From NCBI GenBank assembly GCA_010093705.1, contig MU006089.1, positions 942,157-1,006,156 on the forward strand: a DNA stretch of 64,000 bases, given 5' to 3'. The notes under the pieces are model-generated. The model searched no databases. It saw only the letters and a list, made by a program, of their open reading frames with translations, and had not been told where the DNA came from. The translations under genes were made by a program, and so were the position numbers. Positions 53,042 to 64,000 of the stretch are shown one piece after another (the first letter of the stretch is position 1; every line of letters begins with the position of its first letter). This stretch comes from Patellaria atrata CBS 101060 (Eukaryota).

Positions 53042-53426
53042 CTTCGGCGGAGAGTACTAATGATATTGCACGACTAGTATCGATTCTATAGCAATGCCTA
53101 CAATTCAGTCAATGGAAAAGAAGAATACTTCAGTTTACAACGTGTATAATAACAAATTAATCCTTTCTCACCGCTTTCGGAGCACAAATGTATTTCTTGA
53201 GCGCCGGTGCATTTTCTGCCGACTTGTCCCGCTCAAAACTACCTCACTATGGAATCCTCATCACGTGCATGCTACGGAAACCGACTACTGTGATGTAACA
53301 TCATCTCAGGCAGTCGAAAAACATTGAACTTGCAGGTGAACTACCGTACCTCTTGAATACACAACTCTAGGCTGCGCTTTAGCTCCTCCTTGGACTTCTG
53401 ACGCCCATTGTCCTTTATCGTTGTCT

Positions 53427-54716
53427 ATGATGGCCCCCCCAAAGATCCAGTTATCGTTCGGAGGTGCGAAAAAACTCTCAAAGCCTGTAAAGACTAGACC
53501 TCCAGTTTCAAAGCTACAAGACTCGGATGATGATGACGCTGTACCGACAACCCAGGAGGTCTCACACTTTGATCAGGCGGCTGGTGGTGCTATTACTTCA
53601 AATGCCGAGAAGAAGAAACACGCACCCTTAGTGATTCCGAAGCAAGCAAATAGGGACTGGCAAGAAGAACACAGGCGCAAGCGACAGCGCACCCCTCCAA
53701 CAACAGGACCAAATCCCAACGACTCAGTTGGACTCGACGCCGATAATGGAATCGATATTCTAGTCGCTTCCAAGCAATATGGTTTAACTTACGTTACCCA
53801 CAAGGCCCCCGAGGACGATAGTGAGGCTGTCATACCTACTTCGAATATACCTACAGAAGTGCAAGAAGCTATCAAGGTGAAGACCGACGATGAAAGAGCT
53901 CTGGAGGCTCTTATCGGCGATAATTCTGAATCTAACTTGGTTGTAACCGTGGTCGACGAGGAGCAGGATGCTCTGTTAAGGGATCTAGATGGTGCACCGG
54001 AAAACCCAACATTAGACAATTATGCAGCAGTTCCTGTGGAAGAATTCGGCGCCGCACTCCTCCGTGGAATGGGCTGGAAAGAGGGTGAAGCTGTTGGAAG
54101 ACGGCGTGGCCAGCCATCAGCCAAGCTTCGAGTGCCAGAGCGGCGCCCGGCGCTTCTAGGGCTTGGAGCGAAAGAAGACACTACCATTGCGGTTCAAACA
54201 AGACCAGGAGCGAAACCTGGTAAAAACACGAAGAAGGTCGATCAAGCTTACAATCCTATCGTGCTAAGAAATGTTAAGACGGGCGAACAATTGACCGAAG
54301 AGGAGCTCAATGCTAAGGTTGCAGGTATCAAATCAAAGGATGATAAGGACGGCAGAGACTCTCAGTCGGGACGTAAAGACTCACAAAAAGATTACAGGTC
54401 CTCTGATAGGCCGAAAGATCGTTATCGAGATGATAGAGATCGCGAACAGCGACGCACCGATCATCGCGCCTGCGAAAGGCGAGAAGACCGTGGTGGTGAT
54501 AGGTCCCGCCGCGATCGCAGTCGTTCTCGAGAAGATCGTGATGTTGACAGGTCTCGACGACACCGTAGCCGTTCTCGCGAAGACTATCGTCGGCGGTATA
54601 AAGATGACAAAGATTCCGATAGGGATCGAAGGGACAGTGGCCATCATGACAGATACGCAGGCAACGAGCGAAACGGAAAACGACGCCATGACGCAAGTCG
54701 GGATCGCTATCGATGA
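53427..54716 (+). CDS. SPP2: Pre-mRNA splicing factor Spp2 (G-patch) with RD/RS-rich tail
   Basis: Y..VPVEEFGAALLRGMGWKEG...RRPALLGLGAK; YNPIVL. Confidence 0.9.
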   Translation: MMAPPKIQLSFGGAKKLSKPVKTRPPVSKLQDSDDDDAVPTTQEVSHFDQAAGGAITSNAEKKKHAPLVIPKQANRDWQEEHRRKRQRTPPTTGPNPNDSVGLDADNGIDILVASKQYGLTYVTHKAPEDDSEAVIPTSNIPTEVQEAIKVKTDDERALEALIGDNSESNLVVTVVDEEQDALLRDLDGAPENPTLDNYAAVPVEEFGAALLRGMGWKEGEAVGRRRGQPSAKLRVPERRPALLGLGAKEDTTIAVQTRPGAKPGKNTKKVDQAYNPIVLRNVKTGEQLTEEELNAKVAGIKSKDDKDGRDSQSGRKDSQKDYRSSDRPKDRYRDDRDREQRRTDHRACERREDRGGDRSRRDRSRSREDRDVDRSRRHRSRSREDYRRRYKDDKDSDRDRRDSGHHDRYAGNERNGKRRHDASRDRYR

Positions 54717-56229
54717 ATATAATGGATTGTACGGTCACCAACGACCCATGTGCAAATATTCTTAGATGGCTCGTCAGATTTCCATCGAAACCGCCTGTGC
54801 AGCAGGAATCTCCCTATGCAATTACACTTTTCAACATTCAGAAACCCTTTTTGAATAAAGTTCACTTAAAGCCATTTTCAGTATCCTGACCTTCATGTAA
54901 ATACGTACACTAGGTCTAGTGATGGATGGCTGACTACACTTCTAGCATAGGAGAATTCCAATTCACACCCCCTTTCGAGTCGAAACTTTACTAGTACGCT
55001 ACACCCCTCCGACCTCCCACTGTTTCTTCCGTACGCTGACTGCGATTTGTACGACCTCACGATATCCTTCTCAATACGCAAAACTCCCTCTGTTTTTGAA
55101 ACCATTCCCACTTTAGGATCCTTTCCGTATGGATCCATGGCTACGCTATAACAAGTGCGTTTTCCGGGAACTGCTAGTTCTGTAGAATCGTGTTGGGATG
55201 CATGTTCTTTCATAGTCTTAGTCTACCTTTTAGGACTGATAAGTTCGTTAAAGTAGTCCTTAGCTTCTAAAACGTTTTGTATAAGTTAATCAATTTAGCG
55301 TAGCTAATAACGTGTCCTGAATTTTATCAAGTTTAAAATTATTACAGCGTCCAACAATCACCATTTCTGATACCGTACGTATTGCACAATCTCGCAAATG
55401 ATTGAGTATACTTCGTATTACGATTAGAACATTTTCTGAGCGTTCCTCTGCCTTGTACAAATTCCTCCGTACAGATTCCTCCGAGCGAGCAGTAAGTTGT
55501 TCCCCTGGGTATTCCCTGTTAATGATAACCAAAATCACAAAACATATTAAGTCTTCCCCTATTGTCGCACTCTACGCCCACTGTACAGTCACATACATAC
55601 TAGTCTCGCCCTCGCCTGTACAGGAGGATTCAAACCGTCCAAAGGAGTTCCAATATTATATAGGACTTCATCACATAAACGTACTTACGTACACTCGCTC
55701 TTGATATTCGTTTGCATCCCTTTATAAGAAAGTTTAAAAGGTACGAATGATGCCCAACCAAACGTTGGACTTTGATCATACAGTCAATGGATGTGTGTTA
55801 ATACTGCTGAATGAACAGTTTCCCAGACCTTGTTTAGCAAGCGTAGAGTGGCCAAGGACTCCAAACCATGACGGAAGTTCTTTATAATTTTATGCATGAT
55901 GGAATTATTCTGTAAAATGGACTAGTCAAAAAATCATTCAATGTCTGCTGCTGAGATGAAATTCAACTTTGGCTTGCGAGAGAGTATAATTTACAAATGT
56001 AATTCACTGCATCTCTTCCGTTCTTTCCACACCTCGGTCGCTCTTCCCTCTTATCATAATCCAGAGAAAATGTTTTTAGGCATTCTCAACTTCGTAGTTC
56101 CCGATGTGCCTACAATTGGGTGTACCATGTTAACCAAGAGTATTATCATTATTGGCTCACACTCTTTTCCAAAACATTGTATTATCAGGTTCTGAAACCG
56201 GCGCATTATAACTCTTATTACCACCTGTC

Positions 56230-57531
56230 ATGAGGTATATCGTCATAGTATTCATTGCCGCATGTTCCTTCTTCACAACATCATCCACAGACCCAATGTA
56301 CCTCGAACGTCGCAGACAACTGGTTAACAACGTTACAATCTTCAACACTACTCAAGACCCGGTCTACTTTGGCGATGTAGTCAGAGCTTTCAAAAATCAG
56401 GGCAAGGCTAGCTGGTCCGCGTATGCGTCTCTCTGGAACGGCACATTTCATGACAACGAAACGCTCCGGGGCGGTATTATCAGGGCGGTATACATGTTTG
56501 CGACTGGGATGACAACGGCCGCAGTCAACGATGCTCAGCTATTTATTATCAATCGAGCCCCTTACGCGAACTGGTCTGAAGACGGTTGGAACGTGATGAT
56601 CAACGGACACGCATATAAAAGACCATACTGGTCCGAGAAGAAAAGGAGGCTGGACTTCCTTGCCTCTATATTCCTGATACCAGGCCGCTTCAGCAAGTTC
56701 ACCGCAAAACAGAAAGCCAACGCGCGAAACTCAACGATTGATATAATGGGCGTGCCACATCAATACCACGATCTAAGCGTTAACATAAACGGCACCGACT
56801 TCGGCGCATTCAACACGAAAGAACAAGGCAGTTTTCATGGTCTCGCGCGCATCCCAAATGACAAATCCCCTCCACCCAAAGATGAAGTACAAAACATGAC
56901 ACTCCAGCTCGAAGACGTACCTTTCACAGCCTACCTCGTGCCACCCCATGGCGTGACCATCCTCTCCGACATCGACGACATCCTCCGCGATGTCAGAATC
57001 TGGTCCTGGAAATCGCTCATCCTGAACTCTTTTGCTAACTCGTACATCCCGTGGATGGACATGCCGCGGATCTACGCAAAATGGGCGCGCGACGACGCAA
57101 ACACGCATTTCCACTACCTCAGCACGTGTCCGGAGATCATGGCAGAGAAGTATCAAGACTTCTTGAGGAAATGGTACCCGCCGGGCAGCTTTGACGCGCG
57201 GAGTATGGCGGTGGCTGATCCGGTGCAACTACTTCGGCCGCGCGAGGTGCTTATGTTGCGGGCGCTGAGTTCGTTCCGGAAGAGAAGATTTGTGCTTGTG
57301 GGAGATAATTCGAATTATGATATCATGAAGGCGTATCCGGCGTATGGGAGACGGTATCCGGGACAGGTGATTTGCGTGATTATTCGAGAGGTCGCGGATA
57401 TGGGGAGTCGGAAGCCACCTGATATTGACCAGCTCCTGGGCTTGGGGAGTAGAAGACTTGTCGTGTTCAGGGAGCCACGGGAATTGGAGGGTCTCAGATT
57501 TAATGGTACCGATTGCTGGGGAGGCGATTGA
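56230..57531 (+). CDS. App1-like phosphatidate phosphatase (DUF2183) with predicted signal peptide
   Basis: GVTILSDIDDILR, FHYLS, FVLVGD, YPGQVICVIIR; hydrophobic N-terminus. Confidence 0.82.
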   Translation: MRYIVIVFIAACSFFTTSSTDPMYLERRRQLVNNVTIFNTTQDPVYFGDVVRAFKNQGKASWSAYASLWNGTFHDNETLRGGIIRAVYMFATGMTTAAVNDAQLFIINRAPYANWSEDGWNVMINGHAYKRPYWSEKKRRLDFLASIFLIPGRFSKFTAKQKANARNSTIDIMGVPHQYHDLSVNINGTDFGAFNTKEQGSFHGLARIPNDKSPPPKDEVQNMTLQLEDVPFTAYLVPPHGVTILSDIDDILRDVRIWSWKSLILNSFANSYIPWMDMPRIYAKWARDDANTHFHYLSTCPEIMAEKYQDFLRKWYPPGSFDARSMAVADPVQLLRPREVLMLRALSSFRKRRFVLVGDNSNYDIMKAYPAYGRRYPGQVICVIIREVADMGSRKPPDIDQLLGLGSRRLVVFREPRELEGLRFNGTDCWGGD

Positions 57532-58206
57532 GGTTGAATTAGGGCAATGGTGATGTGGCTTTTACGTTCCTAGAAACCTAATCTTGGATAGGGCTATTAT
57601 TAGAAATTTACTCCTTTTTGACATAAGTGTTTACGCTTGCTACTATCTTTGGAATTCATTCTTCCTTAAAATGGCACGTAGTGCTTCAAACAGTGACCCT
57701 GGAAATCTGTTATACTTAAAATTGTCCGCTAGAGCGTGAGTCTCTATTGTATTAATTATACAGAGTTCATCACGTGCGACTGTCCCTGCTAACCTGCTTG
57801 TCGGTTTATAGACCGCTTAGTTAGTTTGTAAGGGTGTCTTCGAAGTACCCATGGCCCCAGTCTTATGCCGTGAGTATTTCCGGTTGCTGTGCCTTGACTT
57901 GATTTCCAGTTGTACAATACACTGTACGGTAAAATCATTGAATATGTGTTCAACCTATTTGAACTAGAGTTGAACTAGGAGTCAATGGAAAAAAAGAGAA
58001 AGGGGTCATAGAGAGTCGCTAGGGAGCACTGAGAGGCTGGAAAATGATAGGGATTCAAATAAGATGAGAATTTAGGTGCATAGGTAAGGCTTGCAGCCAG
58101 AGCTAAATCCTCTAGCAACAAGATTATTGACCGTATATTCGACTTTTAGGGTGGTAATCGTACAGTATGTAATGAATCATACAGGATAGATGCTATGATA
58201 TATTTC

Positions 58207-59428
58207 TCAGGATATGCGCGTGACACTTAACTTATAGTCCTTTCCACATTCAATAATTATCAGACCCTTCTGTTCGACGGATCTCTTCACCTTGTTCGAT
58301 TCATATCGCGCGGTGACAATGGTCATACGCAACTGTGGTTCACCCGGCTCCTCGCCAAGAGTCTCGGATCTAGGTATGGGCGTAAACTTCCATCTTCCAA
58401 AGGCCCAGTTCAAGATATATCGCGATGGACTGGATGGTGAACCAAGCATCGAAGTCTGCTCATCTGATGACGATGGAACCTGATATGTGTGTACTACTGC
58501 CTTGATGCGGTAGACTTCTTCTTTGTTTACTTCCGAGAGGAATGAGATTAGCTTTTGGCTGTCGATGACAGAACTGTCATCAGAAGACGTTACTGCTACG
58601 GAAAGCACCTCTACTTCATTCTGATGATTATGGCCATGGTCATCCGTGTGGGATTCAGATCGACCCTGCTTATTAGCAGTCGCTTTCGCTAGTTTTGTGT
58701 CCAATCCAAACACGATCTCTTTATTGACCCATCCACGGTCACTCTTTTCCCTGGGAGAATCAATCTCGAGATCACCAAGCTTGTCTAGAAGCGTATCATA
58801 AGCCCGATCTGATAAACTCTCCCACTTGTTGATTATGATGAGATCTGTATAACGGGCCTGTAATCGCGCTGTATAGCTGGTGTCTTCGTAACCCTTCCAG
58901 TTCTCTGCATCAATGACATTTAGCACGCCGTCGAGTACAAAGTGGCCGGCTGGGGATGCCAGACGGTTGACTTCCATCGCTAAAGTGGCGGGGAACTGAA
59001 GTCGCCGAGGTTAATTTGTTTCGGCCAAAGACGTCATTCGTAGAAGGACGGTAAATCGATAACTTACAGCGCTTCCACTGGTTTCGATAACGATTCGGTC
59101 TGGGACGACATCTCTGCGCAATGTTTCAAGCGCATCACCTAGCTGCCCTACTAAGTTACAACATATGCAACCGTTGAGTAGTTCTTGCACGCCTGCTATG
59201 GTGTTGGAAGAGGCGAGCTGAGAATCGATGGCAACATCTCCAAACTCATTCTTTAGAAGCGCAAGTTTATAGGTACTAGGAAGCTGAGGGATCAGGTTGA
59301 GGATCAATGCTGACCAGGATGGTAAGCTTCCAAATGGTGGAGATGGGAGGTGTGAACACCTTACTGGTCTTCCCCGAGCCCAGAAATCCAGTAATGATCG
59401 TGATAGGAATGGGCGTAGGGTGTTCCAT
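58207..59428 (-). CDS. CobW/COG0523 GTPase zinc metallochaperone (ZNG1-like), 3 exons
   Basis: ITIITGFLGSGKT (Walker A), KNEFGD, LNGCICC (CxCC), IETSGSA, INKWE, His-rich HTDDHGHNH, VYRIKA. Confidence 0.92.
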
Positions 59429-60025
59429 TTTGCGGTCTTTGTAGGGAGTATGCGAGAGTGGTTACGATTCCGAACTTGTGATTCCAAAGAACTGTTTTTA
59501 GTCTATCCGATAATAACAGACTATACCTAAGGTATGTACTTCTAATACAGAGTATGGACGGGGAAGTACCTTACCTTTAAGCGCTACCTTATGTAGAATA
59601 TTATTTCTCCGGCCGTCGTAATAATTTTAGCGCTTTCACGTGCGAAGACCCTTGAAATTTGACTATCCCTTGTCCCCTCACTCAACATTTCTGACAGTCC
59701 AGATCCAGATCGTCATCCTTTTGTACCTCAATGTATCTCCTCCCAACTCGAAAAACTTTTGGCATTGTATATCACTCATGTCTATTACCTCCTTTATAAC
59801 ATAGGCCGTGATATCGCCTACGTGTACGACCAATTAGACTGTACCTCATCTGCGAAGCCGATCTCGCCCCTCAAAACATACGTCTGCGAAACCCCTAATT
59901 CAACGTACATAGTACCCCTGCAGATCAGCCAATCTTCGTGGAAATTTATTGCAGCACACCCGGGCCGCGTGCTCTCATTGAGGCTCGTGAACGCGACTAT
60001 TTAACTATCGGGCAGCTTTTCCCCT

Positions 60026-61540
60026 ATGATGGCTTGTACTGTTACCTCAACTCTAATGCAACCGCACGAAGAGCCCGCCTTGGGTTCAACCTCTTCCCGC
60101 GATAACAGGTTAAACCCAAGGGAAATCCGCAGGCGGAGGCATTCCTCATTCCATCCTATTCACGTTGGATCGTGGGCTACGGATGGTGAAAATGTACAAC
60201 AATTGGTTGATAGGTTTCTTGCCCAGCTCGGCCGCCGGCTGGATTTCCTTGAGACCTATGGCCACCTCAGAATCGACGCCGGTATTGAACGCGCATACAA
60301 TACCCTTCATGCCGTTAGGAAATCATGTTCCTCGGTGTCTGATACCATGCTAGACGCCGGAAAGAGGCGAGCAAACATTCTAGTGGAGACGATCGAAGGT
60401 ACCTATCAAGATGCGCTGATCCGCAAAGATACCCTAGAACAGAAGGTGCGAGAAGGTGTGCGTCTCATGGACAGCATGTTAAGCCATTTTGAAACACGAG
60501 CATACGCAGTTACGGAGTCAGGTTTGGGAACGGCCGCACATGACTTTTTGGACGAGAGCTGGAGACGCATGGATGAAGGTCTAGAAAGAGCTAAGGAAGT
60601 TGTCGACGAGGGCATTGAAAAAGCACGCAGGGCAAAAGACTCCATGAAAGAGACCCTGCAGCATGCCGTCGACAGAGCACTGGAACGAGCCCGAGAACAC
60701 GGCCTCATCAAGTATGAAGATCTTCCAGATCCATGGCGTGTGAATCCGCATATCCTCCGTGGTTACCGCTTCCACGAGGCCAAATTAGATTGCGTGCGTT
60801 CCGTCCTTACCTTATCGAACGAGCTCTTCAACATTTGGTCACATGCAATAGGACTCCTCATCGTCCTATCAGTTGCTTTCTACTTCTACCCTACTAGCGC
60901 CAATTTCTCGCTGTCCACCAAATCGGACATTTGTATAGCAGCCGTTTTCTTTGCCGCCGCCGCAAAATGCTTAGTCTGTAGCACTTTGTGGCACACCATG
61001 TCTTCGATCTCAGAGGTGCGTCTCATGGAGCGCTTTGCATGCGTCGACTACACTGGCATATCCCTACTGGTTGCAACCTCAATCATGACAACTGAGTACA
61101 CCGCCTTCTACTGCGAGCCTATTAGCCGTTGGTTGTACATGCTTACGACCGCCGCCTTAGGGATCGGCGGTGTTGTGTTGCCGTGGCATCCAACCTTCAA
61201 CCGCGCCGACATGGCCTGGGCTCGAGTCTCGTTCTATGTCTCACTAAGCCTTACCGGATTCCTCCCCGTGTTCCAGCTTGTGCTCACGAGGGGCCTTTTC
61301 TGGGCTGTTTACTTCTATGCTCCCATCACCAAGAGCTTGCTTGTATATATCACCGGTGCGTGCCTCTACGCGGCTAAGATTCCAGAACGATGGTGTCCGG
61401 GGATGTTCGACTATTTTGGTGGGAGTCACAATCTTTGGCATCTCGCCGTTCTCGGAGGCATACTATTCCATTACCATGCCATGCAGGATTTCTTCGCCAA
61501 GGCATTCCTCAGGGCACAAACGCAATGTTCGGTATATTAG
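60026..61540 (+). CDS. IZH3: PAQR/hemolysin-III family membrane protein (Izh3-like)
   Basis: LPDPWRVNPHILRGYRF, NELFNIWSH, STLWH, VDYTGI, KIPERWCPGMFDYFGGSHNLWH. Confidence 0.9.
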   Translation: MMACTVTSTLMQPHEEPALGSTSSRDNRLNPREIRRRRHSSFHPIHVGSWATDGENVQQLVDRFLAQLGRRLDFLETYGHLRIDAGIERAYNTLHAVRKSCSSVSDTMLDAGKRRANILVETIEGTYQDALIRKDTLEQKVREGVRLMDSMLSHFETRAYAVTESGLGTAAHDFLDESWRRMDEGLERAKEVVDEGIEKARRAKDSMKETLQHAVDRALERAREHGLIKYEDLPDPWRVNPHILRGYRFHEAKLDCVRSVLTLSNELFNIWSHAIGLLIVLSVAFYFYPTSANFSLSTKSDICIAAVFFAAAAKCLVCSTLWHTMSSISEVRLMERFACVDYTGISLLVATSIMTTEYTAFYCEPISRWLYMLTTAALGIGGVVLPWHPTFNRADMAWARVSFYVSLSLTGFLPVFQLVLTRGLFWAVYFYAPITKSLLVYITGACLYAAKIPERWCPGMFDYFGGSHNLWHLAVLGGILFHYHAMQDFFAKAFLRAQTQCSVY

Positions 61541-61814
61541 CTTTATCTAATGAATAGACACATCTTTAATAGTGATCGGCCGGCCTATCAACTAGCCTAC
61601 TAGAATTGCCCTAACTCGTCTATTATGTTGTAGGTGACGTGAACGCTTATCACACCTTCATATATGGTGCATACTAGGAGGAGTTTTAAATGTCTACCTG
61701 GGTGCTGCCCCGCCTATTTCATCTGGATATAACTAACCTGAGACGCTTTTCCGCATCGAAGAATCATTCATACGAAATCTATTTACAAACTACATAAAGT
61801 TATGGTATCCAAAA

Positions 61815-64000
61815 CTACATTGAAGCCTTTTCGTCAAGGTTATCCTCAGACTCCACGTGATCATACTCGTCCTTTTTCAAATTCCTATATAATGATCGAA
61901 AAGCAGAAGGTCGCTCGAGCAGCGAATGTGGGCTTTCAAACTCTATCATAGAACCTGCTTCCATGACTGCTACCTTATCGAAATCCAAAATCGTGTCCAG
62001 CTTGTGCGCCACCGCAATCACGGTATGACTGGCGAACTTCTCTCGGATGACTTTCTGCATAATATCGTCTGTTTTACTGTCGATACTGTACAATCCGTTA
62101 GTATACGAAAAAGGAAAGAAATTATGCCAAGACCTCGGGTCGATCATTCAGCAAAAGGAATTATCTTACCTGCTCGTGGCTTCATCCAAAACTAACACCG
62201 TACTTGGTCGAAGCATCGCTCGTGCGAGACAGAACAACTGCCTTTGTCCGTGTGACAAGTGGAGGTTGTCAATATCAGCATCCAAACCTCCTTTCCGTTT
62301 GATGATTTCCCACAGTTGAACCGATTTTAGCGCTGACACTATCGCCTCGTCCGCTGCTGTGCCCGTTGGGGTTGCGTTCAGTCGTACGCTCCCTTTGAGG
62401 ATGTACGCATCTTGCGGTACTCCAATAAGTCTCGAGCGTACCTCATTGCGAGGAACAGTCGAGATGTCAACGCCATCCACTATGATGGATCCGCCGGCTA
62501 GTTCTAGCATGCGGAACAGCGACAGAATCATTGAACTCTTTCCACTGTTCGAACAAAGTTAACATCGGATCTCGACATTTAGATGATTCGACTTAATTGT
62601 CATACCTTCCGGTACGCCCACAAATTCCTATTTTCTCGCCTGCACGTATGGTAAACGAGATATTTTTCACCACGGGTTCCGACACCCTATTACCAGATTA
62701 GCATCACAAATACATACGATAAAGAACGAAACGCTTACTTGTACCCGGCCGATACAGATCTGAATTCGATTGCTCCCTTTGAAGGCCATGATGGTGGGGG
62801 TGTATCATTTTCACTTTCCAAATCCTCAGAGACGGCCTCAGCAGTAAAATTCTTGATCCTTGCGATAGCCCCGATGTGGGTTTCAAGCATAGTCCAGAAG
62901 GTGATAAGCATCTTGATACTCTGACTGAACATGATGACATTTAGCAATGCTACACCCACATAACCGGCACTAATTGTTCCACGTAGTTTTACTACTAGAA
63001 CAATCAACAGTACGGCGATGGCGGCAACCATCAAGTCAAGTACTACGGTCAACCAGCGCTGAACCGAGAACAAGAGGTAGAAAGGTCTTTGCGAACGATC
63101 TAACATTTCACGGTTCTTGTCTTCGAAGTCCTGCTGCCATCCGAACGCTCTCACGGTTGCGAGTCCGTTAAGGCATTCAATAAAGTGTGAGTATAGAGGA
63201 GACTTAGCTTCCAAGTCCAAGAACCGAAGTTGTCTTGAAGTTCGGAGGTAGAACTTCTGGATGAAATATATCGCCGTCAGACATATCGGGAAGGCGATTG
63301 CCGCATACACGGACGCGACACCGATGAGGACCATCTGTGCAATGACCAAGACGAATGTCGCAAACGTATTCAGAGCAGATATCGGTAACTCCATATCAAT
63401 GAGCTGGAGATCTTGACTGAATCTGTTGATGGTAATGCCAGTATCTGTTGTTGCGAAGAAAGAGAGAGGAGACCTTGTTGGTATTGTTAACTTGGACCAT
63501 CCAGTTGCACCACGTGGATTGTACCTACTTTAAGACTGTCGTCAAGAGTGTCCAATGGAATCGCTCCCCCGATCGAGGCACCATGGTGATAATCATCTGC
63601 CTGGACATTCGGTTAGACTTCACCCTCGTGGAGTTTGTGAACCTGTCGAGGAACTCACCAGCAACTAACAACAAGCGATAGGATTGCTAAACCCCCTAGA
63701 AGACCGTAGATTCCGAGATAGTATCCGAGCCTCTCGTTAGGGTCCTCCGCATTAGCAGTTGCCCACCATTTAAGCCAAATATCTGTGGTACCATATGTTA
63801 GTGTGCATCATCAGGCGAAATAGATGGAGTATACTGACTCGGGAATGAGAAACAAAATACGAAACTTGTGATTGCGAAGACGAATATGAATGTAGGGAAC
63901 CAGCCAATCGATCCAACGTAGTAAATATAGATGGAAACATCTCCAGTACGTCTGTTACTTTCGGCTTTTGTTGACTCATCGGTTTCAACAAGCTTAGCGA
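61815..64000 (-). CDS. ABCC/MRP-type ABC transporter, 3' part (TMD2 + NBD2); continues beyond the window
   Basis: YLRTSRQLRFLDLEAKSPLY, WPSKGAIEF, GRTG-SGKSS, VPQD, LSHGQRQLFCLARA, LVLDEATS, VAHKL. Confidence 0.94.

Overview
Eukaryotic, intron-rich DNA (short GT-AG introns with CTRAC branch points) from a filamentous ascomycete, probably Pezizomycotina, with one 100-N gap at 5242-5341. It is mostly a gene-dense housekeeping region of about 27 protein-coding genes: ERV2, branched-chain aminotransferase, WW/PhoD-like protein, 14-3-3, DUF1640, alcohol dehydrogenase, acyltransferase-3, metallophosphoesterase, ornithine decarboxylase, METTL21-like methyltransferase, RPL38, metallo-hydrolase, GH47 mannosidase, MFS transporter, HOM2, Sfp-type PPTase, SER2, SPP2, App1-like, CobW/ZNG1, IZH/PAQR and a partial ABCC transporter. 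Main observations: (1) a 524-nt AUG-free region upstream of ODC holding a UUG-initiated uORF that ends in ...FTPFKPP-stop, the expected form of a polyamine-sensing uCC, plus an overlapping ACG-initiated uORF; (2) an intronless metallophosphoesterase whose motifs match my recollection of the mycobacterial phosphopantetheinyl-carrier-protein hydrolase PptH, in the same window as the PPTase; (3) a RIP-eroded, direct-repeat-bounded composite relic containing a Fot1/pogo transposase fragment; (4) a 5-exon, 89-aa gene with a GC-AG intron that the ORF track misses. All family assignments come from motif recognition by eye; no searches were run.
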